The notes under the pieces: model-generated
Seen by the model: the letters and a program-made list of their open reading frames with translations, nothing else
What the model was told of the DNA's origin: nothing
The model's database searches: none
Source of the DNA: Selaginella moellendorffii
Taxonomy: Eukaryota > Plantae > Lycopodiophyta
DNA length: 64,000 nucleotides
Direction of reading: 5' to 3'
NCBI RefSeq assembly: GCF_000143415.4
Contig: NW_003314368.1
Span: forward strand, 268,792 to 332,791
Translations under genes and position numbers: made by a program
Shown here: positions 36,872 through 47,838 of the stretch, piece by piece
Layout: each line of letters begins with the position of its first letter
Numbering within the stretch: the first letter of the stretch is position 1

Positions 36872-39409
36872 GATATATAGGAACATGAATTTTTATTGAA
36901 ATGTTACATGATCGAATAAAGAGGAAAGTAACTCCACCAGCCTAAACAATGGTAACTGTAGTTAAAGAAGTGGTCTATAGCATATTTATAGAGTACACTC
37001 CTTAGGCTTCTATTAGTGATATAAAAATTATTCTCTCAAAGTGTCATTTTTCCTTTATTAGTGAAGATGTTAGCACATCATTTGGTGTGAAAAGCTCTTA
37101 TAGACCTAATGTTGAGTACCATTTTGTTCCAAGATATTACTATAGTTGATGAAGAGAGCATCATAACAAATTAAAATTGCTTACTATAGCATGAAGCTGA
37201 GGTGATACACCGAGTGCCAGTAAAATCCAATATAAGGTGTATAGAGATATTTCTAAAAGGCAAGTGTTAAGCTTGGATCTGTGATGAAAAATCTACCTCT
37301 ATTCGAACCCTATATTTCCATAGGGAATGAAAGCAAACAAGATTTTCAAGAAGGTGCTAGTTGTATTGCTATAACACTGATGTCAACCATACAAAACAGC
37401 TTGAAGACACTATAGTGACTAAACCTGATGCAATACTTAAAGAATGGCTAATTGCTAATGGGGTCATGCTCACCTTGGATAAGATTGAAAACCTTCAGAA
37501 ATCTAGTTTCAATTTTGAGAGGAGGAGAGTTAGAGACATGTTTGACAGAATTGGCACTATTCCCACAAAGATGCATAAGAGGCTTGCAAAAAAGGTAAGG
37601 TAGTTAAATTTATTAATATCAACTCCAAGAAAAAGCAGGGGAAAATAAACTTGGCTCAAGGCTTGAGTGTGAGATCTTCTCCATGAAATACATCACTGTG
37701 CTTGCAAATTTGTTTTTGTTTACATAAATGAATGAAACTTGTTCACGAACTTCTCCACGAAATACATCACTGTGCAATGAAACTTGTTCTTGTTTACATA
37801 AAGTTTATATTGTCACATAGTAATAAAAGAACTTTTCATAAATGCAATTTATGCTCTCTATATTTGTGCTAAAAACAACAAAAAAATCTCTATAAAATTG
37901 TGTAGATAATGCTCAAAATGCTTGAAAAGAAATATATGCATCATTGATTATAATATGATAATATTCACTCCTTAGATAAATCTTAGTAAATACTTGAAAT
38001 TCACCAAGTTTGTCTAAGATATAATTTATATACAGCATTAGCATTTTATCCTTCATTGTCTTTTTGTTCAAAGCACAGTAGTTAATAAATATTTGTATTG
38101 AGCCATTTTTTTTTTCATAAGTAAGACCAATGTGCTAAATAAAGACTTATTTGGCTAAATAAATTTAAAATTTAGTAATTCTTTAACTTGTTATTAAACT
38201 TCTTTTATATAACTTAGCTGAAATGAAGGTTGATAAATTAGCTTTGTCCCTAGCTTTAAAATAATTTTATACTCCACACCTTGTAATAAAGGTAACCTAT
38301 GAAGAAGTTTGAATGGAAAGACATAAGTAAACTCCTTGAATACATCCTGCATTGTTGCATTTTCCCCTGTATATGTATTGGTCCTCTAAATCACAAATAA
38401 AGAGCGAGTAACTTAAAAATATTTTTCTATTATGACAAACCCACTTCAAAGATATAGTAGAGAGCATAATAACTAAAGCCTCGCAAATTCTGGAAGATCG
38501 TTTGATCACCATGCCATGCGATCCAGAGTTTAAAGCAAAAGAAAATTACTTCTCTAGATGGATTCTTATTGACGCATTCTCTTGTGGAAGATTTGTTTCT
38601 CTCATTCCATAGGAGAAGTTCCAGGTTTGTGAAGACCTCGGACAATGTGGTGCTCTGGAGGTGCAGAAAAGCCATGCATAAAAGAGCTCCAACATTCAAG
38701 ATCGTCTAGATGCCCACTCTGGACATACTTTGCGAGCATGATCATTCAGGAGAGTGACTCTTGTGAGGGATGTGGATTCGGAGGATACATTGGCCGGACC
38801 TTCAACTGTTTAAAGTCCCACGGCTGGAAGAATGAAAATGAATCCTTTGAGTCATATGATAGCTATTGAAATCCTCCCGTCAAGAACTTGCTGAGCTTTT
38901 CTTGGATCAAACATTCTCGGATTCCGCATGCTTGGACGTGCAATGTGGAGCCGGCAATCCCGAGAATAATCTCGCCGCGTTGGTAAGCTCATCAGAACGA
39001 ATATGGCAATCCCGTTTGATTATCGTCCTCTTGATTCTTTTTCTTTTTAACACTAGGAGCCTCGATCAGCTGTAGAGTTTCTGTGAAAGATCTGCTCTCC
39101 AATGTTATGCGGGACAAAACACGATTGATGTTCTCCCAGGACGAACTAATTTTGTAGTGATCGATTCATTGTATTTGGTGCCAAAGTATATCTTCTCGGC
39201 CATTCTAAAGTCGCTCAAGCTGACGAGATTGACCTCTTCAAGTCCAGACGTACGTAAGCACCGATTCTTCTCATTTTTCTTCCTTTTGTCGTCCCTCACA
39301 GAAGAAAAGATAACAACACACATTGACTTATAGTTAGTCACCCTTGTTAAGGCATAACATCGGACTTCAAAACTCGACCCCATCGCTCGAGGAGTGCCCC
39401 TGCTCCAGA

Positions 39410-40030
39410 ATGTCCTTTTCCCTCCAGCTTCTTCTCTTCTTTTCCTTTCTCGCCACCCTCTCCAATTCAGCTGATCCAGATCCACTCCAAGACTACTGCC
39501 TTCCAACTCAAGCGCAGCAGCACCAGTGCAAGAGCTCGCCTTCACCCAGTGACTTCGTCTCCAAAGTCCTGGGAAACGCTCCGCCTCCGCAGACCTGGAA
39601 TGCCACTCTACTTTCCTCGGCAAACTTCCCAGCTCTCAACACCATGGGCCTCTCCTTCGGCAGAGCCGACCTGGGAGTCGGAGCCGTGATCCCACTGCAC
39701 TACCACCCCCGAGCATCCGAGCTCATCTACATTGCGGAAGGAGAGGTGGAGGCCGGGTTTGTCGACTCGAACAACGTCCTGTTCGCGCAGACCCTCCAGC
39801 CGGGAGACGTGATGATCCTTCCCAAAGGCATGCTCCACTACCAATACAATCCTGGCAGCAGCAGAGCCACGGTGCTGGCCTCGTTCGATAGCCAGAGCCC
39901 CGGAATCGTCCCCGCTGGCCCCGGTGTGTTTGGCTCTGGGATGCGAGACGAAGTTATCGCGGCCTCCCTCGGGGGACTGGACCACGCCACGGTCGAAGCG
40001 CTGAAAGCTAAGTTCAAGCCTCGGTCTTGA
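39410..40030 (+). CDS. Germin-like protein, secreted, intronless, 206 aa
   Basis: ATG at 39410, signal peptide, PLHYHPRASE and PKGMLHYQYN motifs; close paralog of 7749-8381. Confidence 0.93.
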   Translation: MSFSLQLLLFFSFLATLSNSADPDPLQDYCLPTQAQQHQCKSSPSPSDFVSKVLGNAPPPQTWNATLLSSANFPALNTMGLSFGRADLGVGAVIPLHYHPRASELIYIAEGEVEAGFVDSNNVLFAQTLQPGDVMILPKGMLHYQYNPGSSRATVLASFDSQSPGIVPAGPGVFGSGMRDEVIAASLGGLDHATVEALKAKFKPRS

Positions 40031-40175
40031 TATGTATAAGAGTCGTTCGCTTGGTGATTGATTCAAATAAGCAATCCTTCACTACAAAATTAGTTCGTCC
40101 ATGGGAGAACATCAATCGTACCTATCTTTCCTCATTTTTACTTCTTCGCTCGTGTCTGCTTCATTCCCGCGATGT

Positions 40176-41837
40176 TTACTTTTGTTTAAGAGCGAAGTGT
40201 TTTGAGGATTCCACATGCTTGAACAGCAGATTCCTGCAAAACAATAAGAAATAAGCAAATCATCACTTTGTAAAAGCAAGGATTCAAAAAAGTTAAGCTA
40301 TATACCTGGAATCGAAGTCTCTGCCACAAACTTCACAGGTACTCGAGGGGACTGCTGCTGCTGCCTTGCTCTTCCCGGACTTCCTCACCTCCTTCTGTTC
40401 TACTGGTTTCTTTCCTTTCTCCTTTCTCCTGTTCTTTTTCTTGGTCGACTTTGCTTCCTGTTGAGTTTCTCCGGAGTTGAGCTCCTCCATGACATTTGCC
40501 ACGTCTTTTTCTTCCGCATTAGCCTCGGACTCGGCTTCTTTTCCCGACGTAGCTTTTCTCTTTGACCATTCATCCTTGTTCTGAACTGGCACTTCATCGA
40601 CCACAATCGAGTCCGATTCATCAGACTCAATTGCTCGATCCGTGTTACCCCTGTTCCGGTGTGAATTCAGCATCGCCTCGAGTATGCTCGACTCTTCGTC
40701 ATCGTCGGCATTGCTCTCGCTGCTCGTGTCTGCTCCAGGACTTTGAGGTGGCGTCTCGGCTTCGATAACTTCCACAACCTTCGGTTCTGCAACCACGGGC
40801 TCGTCATGCTCCTCTTCTTCATCGACCGACTGAGCCTTGGCACGGACCTTCTCATCCTCCTCCAGCAGCGTCTCCTTCAAAGCCGACGCCCTCTCGATAT
40901 GCTTCTTCGACTTCTCATGGTTGTGCCATTGCTTCTCCGACTTAAAGTTCTTCTCGCACAGGATGCAGTAAAACTCCTGCCGCTCTCCACCCCGGCCCGC
41001 CTTCTGGTTCTCCTCCCACACGGAGTAATCCTCCTCCACCTTGGACCACTCTTGCTCCTCGTAGCTCTCCACTTTCTTCAACTTCTCCACCTCTTGCTGC
41101 TGGCGCCGGAGCTTCTTCTCCTTCTCCTTTTCCTCCGCCAATCTAAGCGCCTCAAGCTTCCACTCCATCACCCTCTTGTCCCTCTTCTTCACAAACGCAG
41201 CCAGCTGCCTCACCGCATCGTTAAACTCCCGCTGCTCCCTCTTCCGGATCTTCCTGTTCTCCTCCTCCATCAACCTTCTAACTTTCCTGTTTGGAGCCTC
41301 GGAGACGTCATACTCGTCGCACCAAGCGTAGTCCTTCACCGTCTTAAACCCCGACCAAAAACTATAGAAGGCCGAGACTTCGCTATGGCTGCTAGTCGGT
41401 CCACCAAAAGGAGGAGCTTCCCTCACACTGCCGGATCCAAACTTGCGATCAAACACCTGCTCCTGGACGGAAATCTTCCCAAACACTTCGCTGTACACCG
41501 CATAGAATCCATTCCGGGAGTCGCCATAGCCGGAGAAGGCCGAGGGCGAGAAATACGACCAGAGGTTGAATTCAAACTCGGAGAGCTCATCGCCGCTAGA
41601 CAGGATCTCCGACCTGTGAGAATCGTACCATTTGCGCTCCAGCGGATCGCCAAGAACCTCCCACGCGCTGGAAATCGCCTGGAATCGCTCCGTCGCCTCG
41701 CCAGCTGAAATCCCGCTCTGCTGGATCTTGTCCGGGTGCCATCGCAGCGCCTCGCGGCGGTACGCCGACCGGATCTCCTCGGCGCTCGCACTGCGCTCCA
41801 CGCCCAGCACCTCGTAGAGGCATTGCTTGCGCTCCAT
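40176..41837 (-). CDS. JJJ1: JJJ1/DNAJC21-type J-domain co-chaperone with C2H2 zinc fingers (exons 41837-40306 and 40233-40176)
   Basis: J domain with HPD, FYSFWSGFKT..APNRKVRRLMEEEN, ZnF CILCEKNFKSEKQWHNHEKSKKH. A 72-bp GT-AG intron completes a second finger, CEVCGRDFDSRNLLFKHVESSKH. Confidence 0.9.
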
Positions 41838-42156
41838 GGGCGCGGGCTAGAACCCTAACCCTAAACCCAGAGCTAAAAACTAACCCTACTTTTAGCCCTT
41901 CCTTTAAAATCTTTAACCCTTTAAAACACTTAAAATTTGCTCGATCCAACGGCCAGGAAGAGAGCCTAGGAGAAACAGAGAAACTCTCTTTTACTGGCAG
42001 TGGTAGCCTCACTTTTAGCCTTCCAGGAATTGGAGAAGCTGGAGAAAAAACACCATGGAACGAACCATCAGATGAGAGAAAGAAAAAAAAATCCATCTCA
42101 ATGAAGGAGACGAGAAGAAAAAAGAAAGAAAAAGAGAGAAGCGGAAGAGCTCGGCT

Positions 42157-45100
42157 CTAGTCCCCAAGATGCTTACGCTCATCCTGAGGAGGACTAGACA
42201 TACCTTTCGGCGTCTCGGGATTCTCTCCCGCATCTCCGGTACGAGGTGATGCTTCACGCGTCTCCAGATCTTCTCTGGAGATATCCTCGGCCTCTGGCAG
42301 AGTTTTGCCGCTGTCTTCCACTTCATCCCTGTGCTCGTGAGCGGTGACTTCTTTAACACCGGATTGTTCGTCTCTAGCTTTCAGTTCTATCCTGTTCTCG
42401 CGAGGCTCCACCGTCGACACTTTCGCTTCCAAGTCTTCCACAAGTTCCAAGGCCTCGTCTCTAGCTTCCAGTTTCTCGCGAGGCTCCATCGCCGACTCTT
42501 CCGCTTCCAAGTCTTCCACAGGTTCCAAAGCCTCGGCCAGTTCTATCCTGTTCTCGCGAGGCTCCACCGTTGACTCTTTCGCTTCCAAGTCTTCCACAGC
42601 CTCGTCTCTAGCTTCCAGTTCTATCCTGTTCTCGCGAGGCTCCACGGTCGACTCTTTCGCTTCCAAAGCCTCGTCGCCAGCTTGCAGTTCTATCCTGTTC
42701 TCGCGAGGCCCCACGGTCGACTCTTTCGCTTCCAAAGCCTCGTCGCCAGCTTGCAGTTCTATCCTGTTCTCGCGAGGCTCCACAGTCGACTCTTTCGCTT
42801 CCAAGTCTTCCACAGGCTCCAAAGCCTGGTCTCTAGCTTCCAGTTCTAGCCTCGCGATCACTTCTGTCGCTTCGACTTCACATTTCCTGTGTTCCAGAGA
42901 CTCCAGAACTCCGTCAAGTTGGCAAGAATTGGTTCTACCTTCCAATTGCTCCACGGCTTCCAGTGGCGTCGTATCTTTTCCTTCTGTCCAGTCATCCTCG
43001 GCTTTTGCCAAAGTTTCTTCCACCTCAGAGACCACGCCTGTAGCTTCTTGTTCGATTTGTCGACGCAAGTCCTCCTCGTGCGCTTCGGAAACTTTCTGTA
43101 AAGTCTCGGCATCTTCCCCCACGTCGCCCTGTACTCCATCTTCATCTCCGTCGCTGCCACTGCTCGTTATGACGTTATAGTCGAGATGACGATCGTCTGA
43201 GCCTGGATTGTCCCTTCCTCTTTCCTCTGTGTTAGTTACGTTCTTCCTGTCGTCGTCCGCTACCTCTAGGCCTATAACTATATCGTTTGTCTTCTTCTCC
43301 CAAGAAAAATCCCCACCACCATTAATATCTGTCACCACCTTTAACGCTTCACCAGCTTCTTGTGATGCGGCAGTCTCTCCTCGAGTGTGTCTACCGTCTA
43401 CCACACTCGGGTCGTCTCCTGTGCCATATTCTACACCACTTTCCTCTCGCTTCGCGGTTTCTGCAAAATCGCGGCTTGGATGGGCCTCTTCTTCGGATTG
43501 TAATAGAGAAACACATTCGAGCGGAAGTAAAAACGATCCCACCAGGGACTTCCGCAATCGATTTTCCTCTTGGGGTTTCCTGTAAAGCTTGAGAGCGTCC
43601 TGAAATGGTTGGCTCCATCAGTTTGAAAGGGCAGATATCCTGGTAGAGCGTACCATACCTCAAACGGACTTGAGAGAAAAGGAGGCTCGGATAAACCATG
43701 GCCATCAACTTCTCGGAGCAAATCCTCTCCTTCGGGATCAGCCTGAAAACATCAAAAGCTTTAACAAAAAGAACAATTTAGTGTCAATAAACCGCACTCT
43801 GACCTCTAAAACAAAATCATCGTCCAAGTCTGAGGCCATAGCAGGTTCATCAGCTTCTAGCTCCACATCTGGAGCTTCAATTTTCTCGTCCGTCATAAAC
43901 TTCATGTACTCCTCGTAAGCTTCAGGCCCCGCGAGCTCCTTCGAGACGCTCAGTCTGGACATAATTTGCCGCATATCTTCGGTGAATCTTGCGTCTTTCA
44001 AGGAAAAGCTCTTGCCACCAGTTGGCTCTTCATACTTGTTTTCCGGAGATGCCTGCGAAGCGTGCTCGTCCAGAGGAGCTTGATCCTTGGGTTCTCGAAA
44101 GTGCTCCATAGTAGCAGCATTGTACCAGGGGTGTGAATATCCATCTTCTCGAACGAAACTTGCCGGATCTCGCATGAATCTACTAGGATGAGAATAGATC
44201 GATCCTCTCGAGCCATAGATCGAAGCTGGAAAATGCTCCAAAAATCCGCCGACACCATAATGGGGTGCAAACGGCGGAAAAAAACCGTTTTTCCAGTTCC
44301 AAGGCTCCTCCGCGCCATCTCTTCTTCGATAGGAACCACCTCGCCTTGAATAATCGTCAGGACGACCCGAGGACGAAGGCCCCCTGCGAGACCTCTCATC
44401 TGAGGAACGCTTGTAGTCCTCGTCTCTGTAATCCCTGTAATGATGAGAACGCTCGTCGCGCTCATACTTGTAGTATCTTTGCCGCCTCCTATAGTCGTCT
44501 TCATTAGAACGATCTCTGCTGCGGCTGCGTTCTCTATAATCTGAGTCATGCTTACGCTTGTCCTTTCGCGAACTATAATCATCTCCTGGCGACCTCCGTT
44601 CGCTATCCTTGGTCCTGCTCTCTTCTCTTGACAATACTCTGCTGCGTTCACTCTGAGTGTCCTTGCGTTCTCTCTCGCCATCCCTGTCCTTGCGTTCTCT
44701 CTCGCCATCCCTGTCCTTGCGTTCTCTCTCGCCATTCCTGTCCTTGCGTTCTCTCTCGCCATCCCTGTCCTTGCGTTCTCTCTCGCCATCGCTCCTCGGC
44801 TTCAACTTATCTTTGTCCTGCTTCACTTCATGTCGCTCTCGACCGTTTACTCTTCGTTCTTCTTCGTGCGCTCGGTGAGACCTCTCATCCTTGCTGGACT
44901 TGACCTCGTGGTTTCGCTCCCTGTTGCTTCTACGTTCTTGATCATCGTCACGACTTCTGTGTTTAGATTCTTTGTGATGGCCATCCTCTTCCTTGGATGG
45001 CCTCGTTTGATCTTCATTGTCCCTGGACTTCTTTCGACTGTCTTTGCTTTGGTCAGGGTCTGTGTGTTTAACGTCACTGTGGCTTCTCTTAGACCGCTCA

Positions 45101-45699
45101 TCCTTGTGTTCTCGATGCTTTGCACCTCTATCTCTGTCTTTCCGGTCGTCACCATCGCGTTCTCTGTCTCTCTCCGGTTCGTCCCTATGATCTCGACAGT
45201 AATGGCGTTCTTCGTCCTCGGCGTTGTAACAGTATCTATCACTCTCCAAGTCCGTGAAATTCCTGTCTCCATCTCTGTCAGCCACGCTATGCTTTTTCTC
45301 CTTGGACTTTTTGTGCCGAGGCCCAGAATCGCTACTTCGACCATGATCAGACTTACGGTCCTTTTTCTCGCAGGACACCAGAACTTTCTCAGGAGCACTT
45401 ACCACAACCCCTTCATTCTCACCAGACCTCGTCTTCTTGGTAGAATGGCTCGAGTGTTGAGCAGCAGCCACATCAGAGCTATGCTTCCTCTTGTGAGAAC
45501 TGTGGCCACGCTTGGCCTCGTCCCTCTCTTTCTCCTTCTCGCCACTGTCCCTGCGCTTGCTGCTACTAGATTTCCTTCTCGCTACAGTACCCGAGCCCAC
45601 AGAATCGTCTTCCTCTCCCTCCTGCTCCTCTTCCAGCTCCTCTTCCGCGTCCCTTCTGTGGCGGTGCGAGCGATGGCGGGCCTTGCCGGACGGCGCCAT
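42157..45699 (-). CDS. Large RS/RE-rich low-complexity nuclear protein, multi-exon; resembles At5g53440/HIZ2 (putative ZC3H13-like m6A writer partner), with an acidic repeat C-terminus
   Basis: ORFs 43738-45699, 43431-43721 and 42157-43557 can be joined by short GT-AG introns. Motifs WKNGFFPPF...FPASIYGSR and SRLSVSKELAGPEAYEEY resemble that family from memory. The 3' end is uncertain. Confidence 0.6.
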
Positions 45700-46391
45700 A
45701 GCTCGAGAGACTCTACCCTAGGAGAATGCAAGCAGCGGGAGGCAGTGGCGCCTGGAGATCCAAGGCGCTCGAGCTAGACGATACCTGGCGATGATCATCG
45801 CGGCGCTGGGCTGCGCGTCGGCGCTCGTCCTCTAATCGCAGACTTAGGTTTGGAGCAAAATATTTTTTCCGGGAGAGGAATATACACGCGAATATTTTCG
45901 TTAGGGATATAGCCGGTGGCGCGACCGGCGGCCACGCTTGTGAGTCTCCGCCGGCCGACGGGCGACGGCTCCTTCCGGTCTCCGCCCGTCCATTCGAAAA
46001 CGACAGCACAAAGACACCGGCATTGCCGTCGGATGGGGACATCCAACGGCCACGATCGCCCCCTCGATGGAGTGGCTACTCTACCACCGAGAATCAAATG
46101 TGTGCAAACACCACACCACACCTCTCCCATCCCACTTCCTCCCAAAGAGAGAAAAAACTCTTTTTTTTTTCTCTCTTTCTCCTCCATCGCTCCTCCATCG
46201 CGCACCGATGCGATGCGTCGTCTCCATGGTCTGATTAAAACCCATCCCTTCCGTCACTCGAGAGCACCGCTGTAGCATCACTGACTGCTTCCCATGATCG
46301 CAGTGAAGATTCTCCCTGTAGCAGCGACGAGCAATCCGTCAAGGTCGGAGTTTTCGTGAGAGCACTGGATCCATACCCCAATTCGCCGAGC

Positions 46392-47669
46392 ATGGAGCAG
46401 CAGCCTGATCTTCCAGCGACCAGAGAGATCGACCCAGCAGCGACGACGACGACGACGACGACGATGGCGATCTCATCACCGCCACTTCCACCACCATCGC
46501 TAGCAGCGCCGGGAAGAAGCCCATCACTGGCAGCCACCACCAAGGTGAGCAACTGCAAGGAGAACGATGAGCCGAGTGTTAGAAAGGACAGGGAGGAGTG
46601 GAGCGAGGCGGCCATATCGACGCTCATAGATGCTTACACTGCCAAGTATGGCCAATTGAACGGCAAGGGGCTGCGGAGCAAGGACTGGGCCGAGGTCGTG
46701 GACACAGTCAACAGCAACCAAAAGTCGGCTAAGACGGTGGAGCATTGCCGGAACAAAATGGACACGCTTACCAAGCGCTACAAGTCGGAGAAGAAGAACA
46801 AGCTGTCCGGAGCCGAGAGCTCCTGGCCGTGGTATGACAAGATGGAGATCATACGGGGCTGCTCTCCGGGAAAATCTGTCACTGCTGCCGCCGCTGCTGC
46901 TGCTGCTGCTGCGGCCGCTGCCGCCGCTGCTGCCTCGGCAAGTAACAGCAACATCAGCAAAGCTTTTGTGGGAGTTATTCCTCCTGGAAAGGAGAGGATT
47001 AGAAACAAGAGAGGGAAGAAAGTAATCCTGAGCAACAGCGAAGACGCGTCAGTCCAGAGCCAGAGCGAGAAAAACAAGGAAGGTACTTACCCGCCGGTAA
47101 AGCCAGTGGTCGTAGTAGCACCATCGCCAGGAGGAGGAATACCAGCACCAGCAGCTCCGCCACCACCACCACCGAGTTTAAGCTTTAGCAAAGTTGATGG
47201 ACCCGGTTTCAAGCCTGAAATACCGACTGCCCCGTATGCCAGGATGGATTCATCCACTGCTCACCCAAACTTTCACATCCCGGCAGCCATTCCTGCTTGG
47301 CATAACTCTCCAGGAGCGGCACCACCACCACCACCACCAGCGGTAACATTTCCTCAAGTAGCGGCGGCGGCGGCAGCGGCAGCGGCAGCAGCTGCTAGAG
47401 AACAGCAAGCCACTGGTAACAGCTTGGACGGAGGAATAAGCACTGACCACCTCTCGAGAAGTATTCTGGAGCTAGCAGGAAGCATGAGGAGCTCGGCGGG
47501 GAACTTAGCCAGCAGCATAAACGGGTTTACGGAAGTGTACGCCAGAATCGAGATTGCCAAGATGGAAATGCTGAAGGAGCTGGAGCTGAAACGGATGCAA
47601 GTACAGCTTGAGACTGCCGAGATTCTTAGCCGCAAGAGGAAGCGGGACAGTTCTTCCGATCCTGAGTAA
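46392..47669 (+). CDS. Trihelix (Myb/SANT-like, ASIL/SIP1 clade) transcription factor
   Basis: WSEAAISTLIDAY...W.EV...KTVEHCRNKMDTLTKRYKSEK...WPWYDKM, C-terminal coiled coil FTEVYARIEIAKMEMLKELELKRM, and poly-Ala/Pro tracts. Confidence 0.88.
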   Translation: MEQQPDLPATREIDPAATTTTTTTMAISSPPLPPPSLAAPGRSPSLAATTKVSNCKENDEPSVRKDREEWSEAAISTLIDAYTAKYGQLNGKGLRSKDWAEVVDTVNSNQKSAKTVEHCRNKMDTLTKRYKSEKKNKLSGAESSWPWYDKMEIIRGCSPGKSVTAAAAAAAAAAAAAAAAASASNSNISKAFVGVIPPGKERIRNKRGKKVILSNSEDASVQSQSEKNKEGTYPPVKPVVVVAPSPGGGIPAPAAPPPPPPSLSFSKVDGPGFKPEIPTAPYARMDSSTAHPNFHIPAAIPAWHNSPGAAPPPPPPAVTFPQVAAAAAAAAAAAAREQQATGNSLDGGISTDHLSRSILELAGSMRSSAGNLASSINGFTEVYARIEIAKMEMLKELELKRMQVQLETAEILSRKRKRDSSSDPE

Positions 47670-47838
47670 TAGTATGTATATGTAAGAAAGATATATAGGC
47701 TGCCGCTGTGAGTTTTTGTAATGAAATTTTCCTCACAGGAAATAAAAAAACCAGTGATCTGTTTCGATTTTCAAGACGTTCAGGTACCTGGCGGACGAGC
47801 AATCTCTCATCAAATTATACCAAAAAACCTTTCTCGAT

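Noticed and set aside
30060-39159. One large CACTA element from CACTAAAAAAA (30060) to TTTTGTAGTG (39159) enclosing the MTase relic
   Set aside because: The TIRs match imperfectly, the 3-bp flanks differ (TAC versus ATC), and no transposase was recognised.
41850-41890. Interstitial telomere repeat
   Set aside because: Only 2-3 imperfect AAACCCT units in a 5' UTR/promoter, consistent with ordinary telo-boxes also seen near 49997, 55607 and 58974.
40743-45777. Long plus-strand ORFs (40743-41708, 42344-43180, 44830-45777)
   Set aside because: Antisense shadows of charged, low-complexity minus-strand genes.
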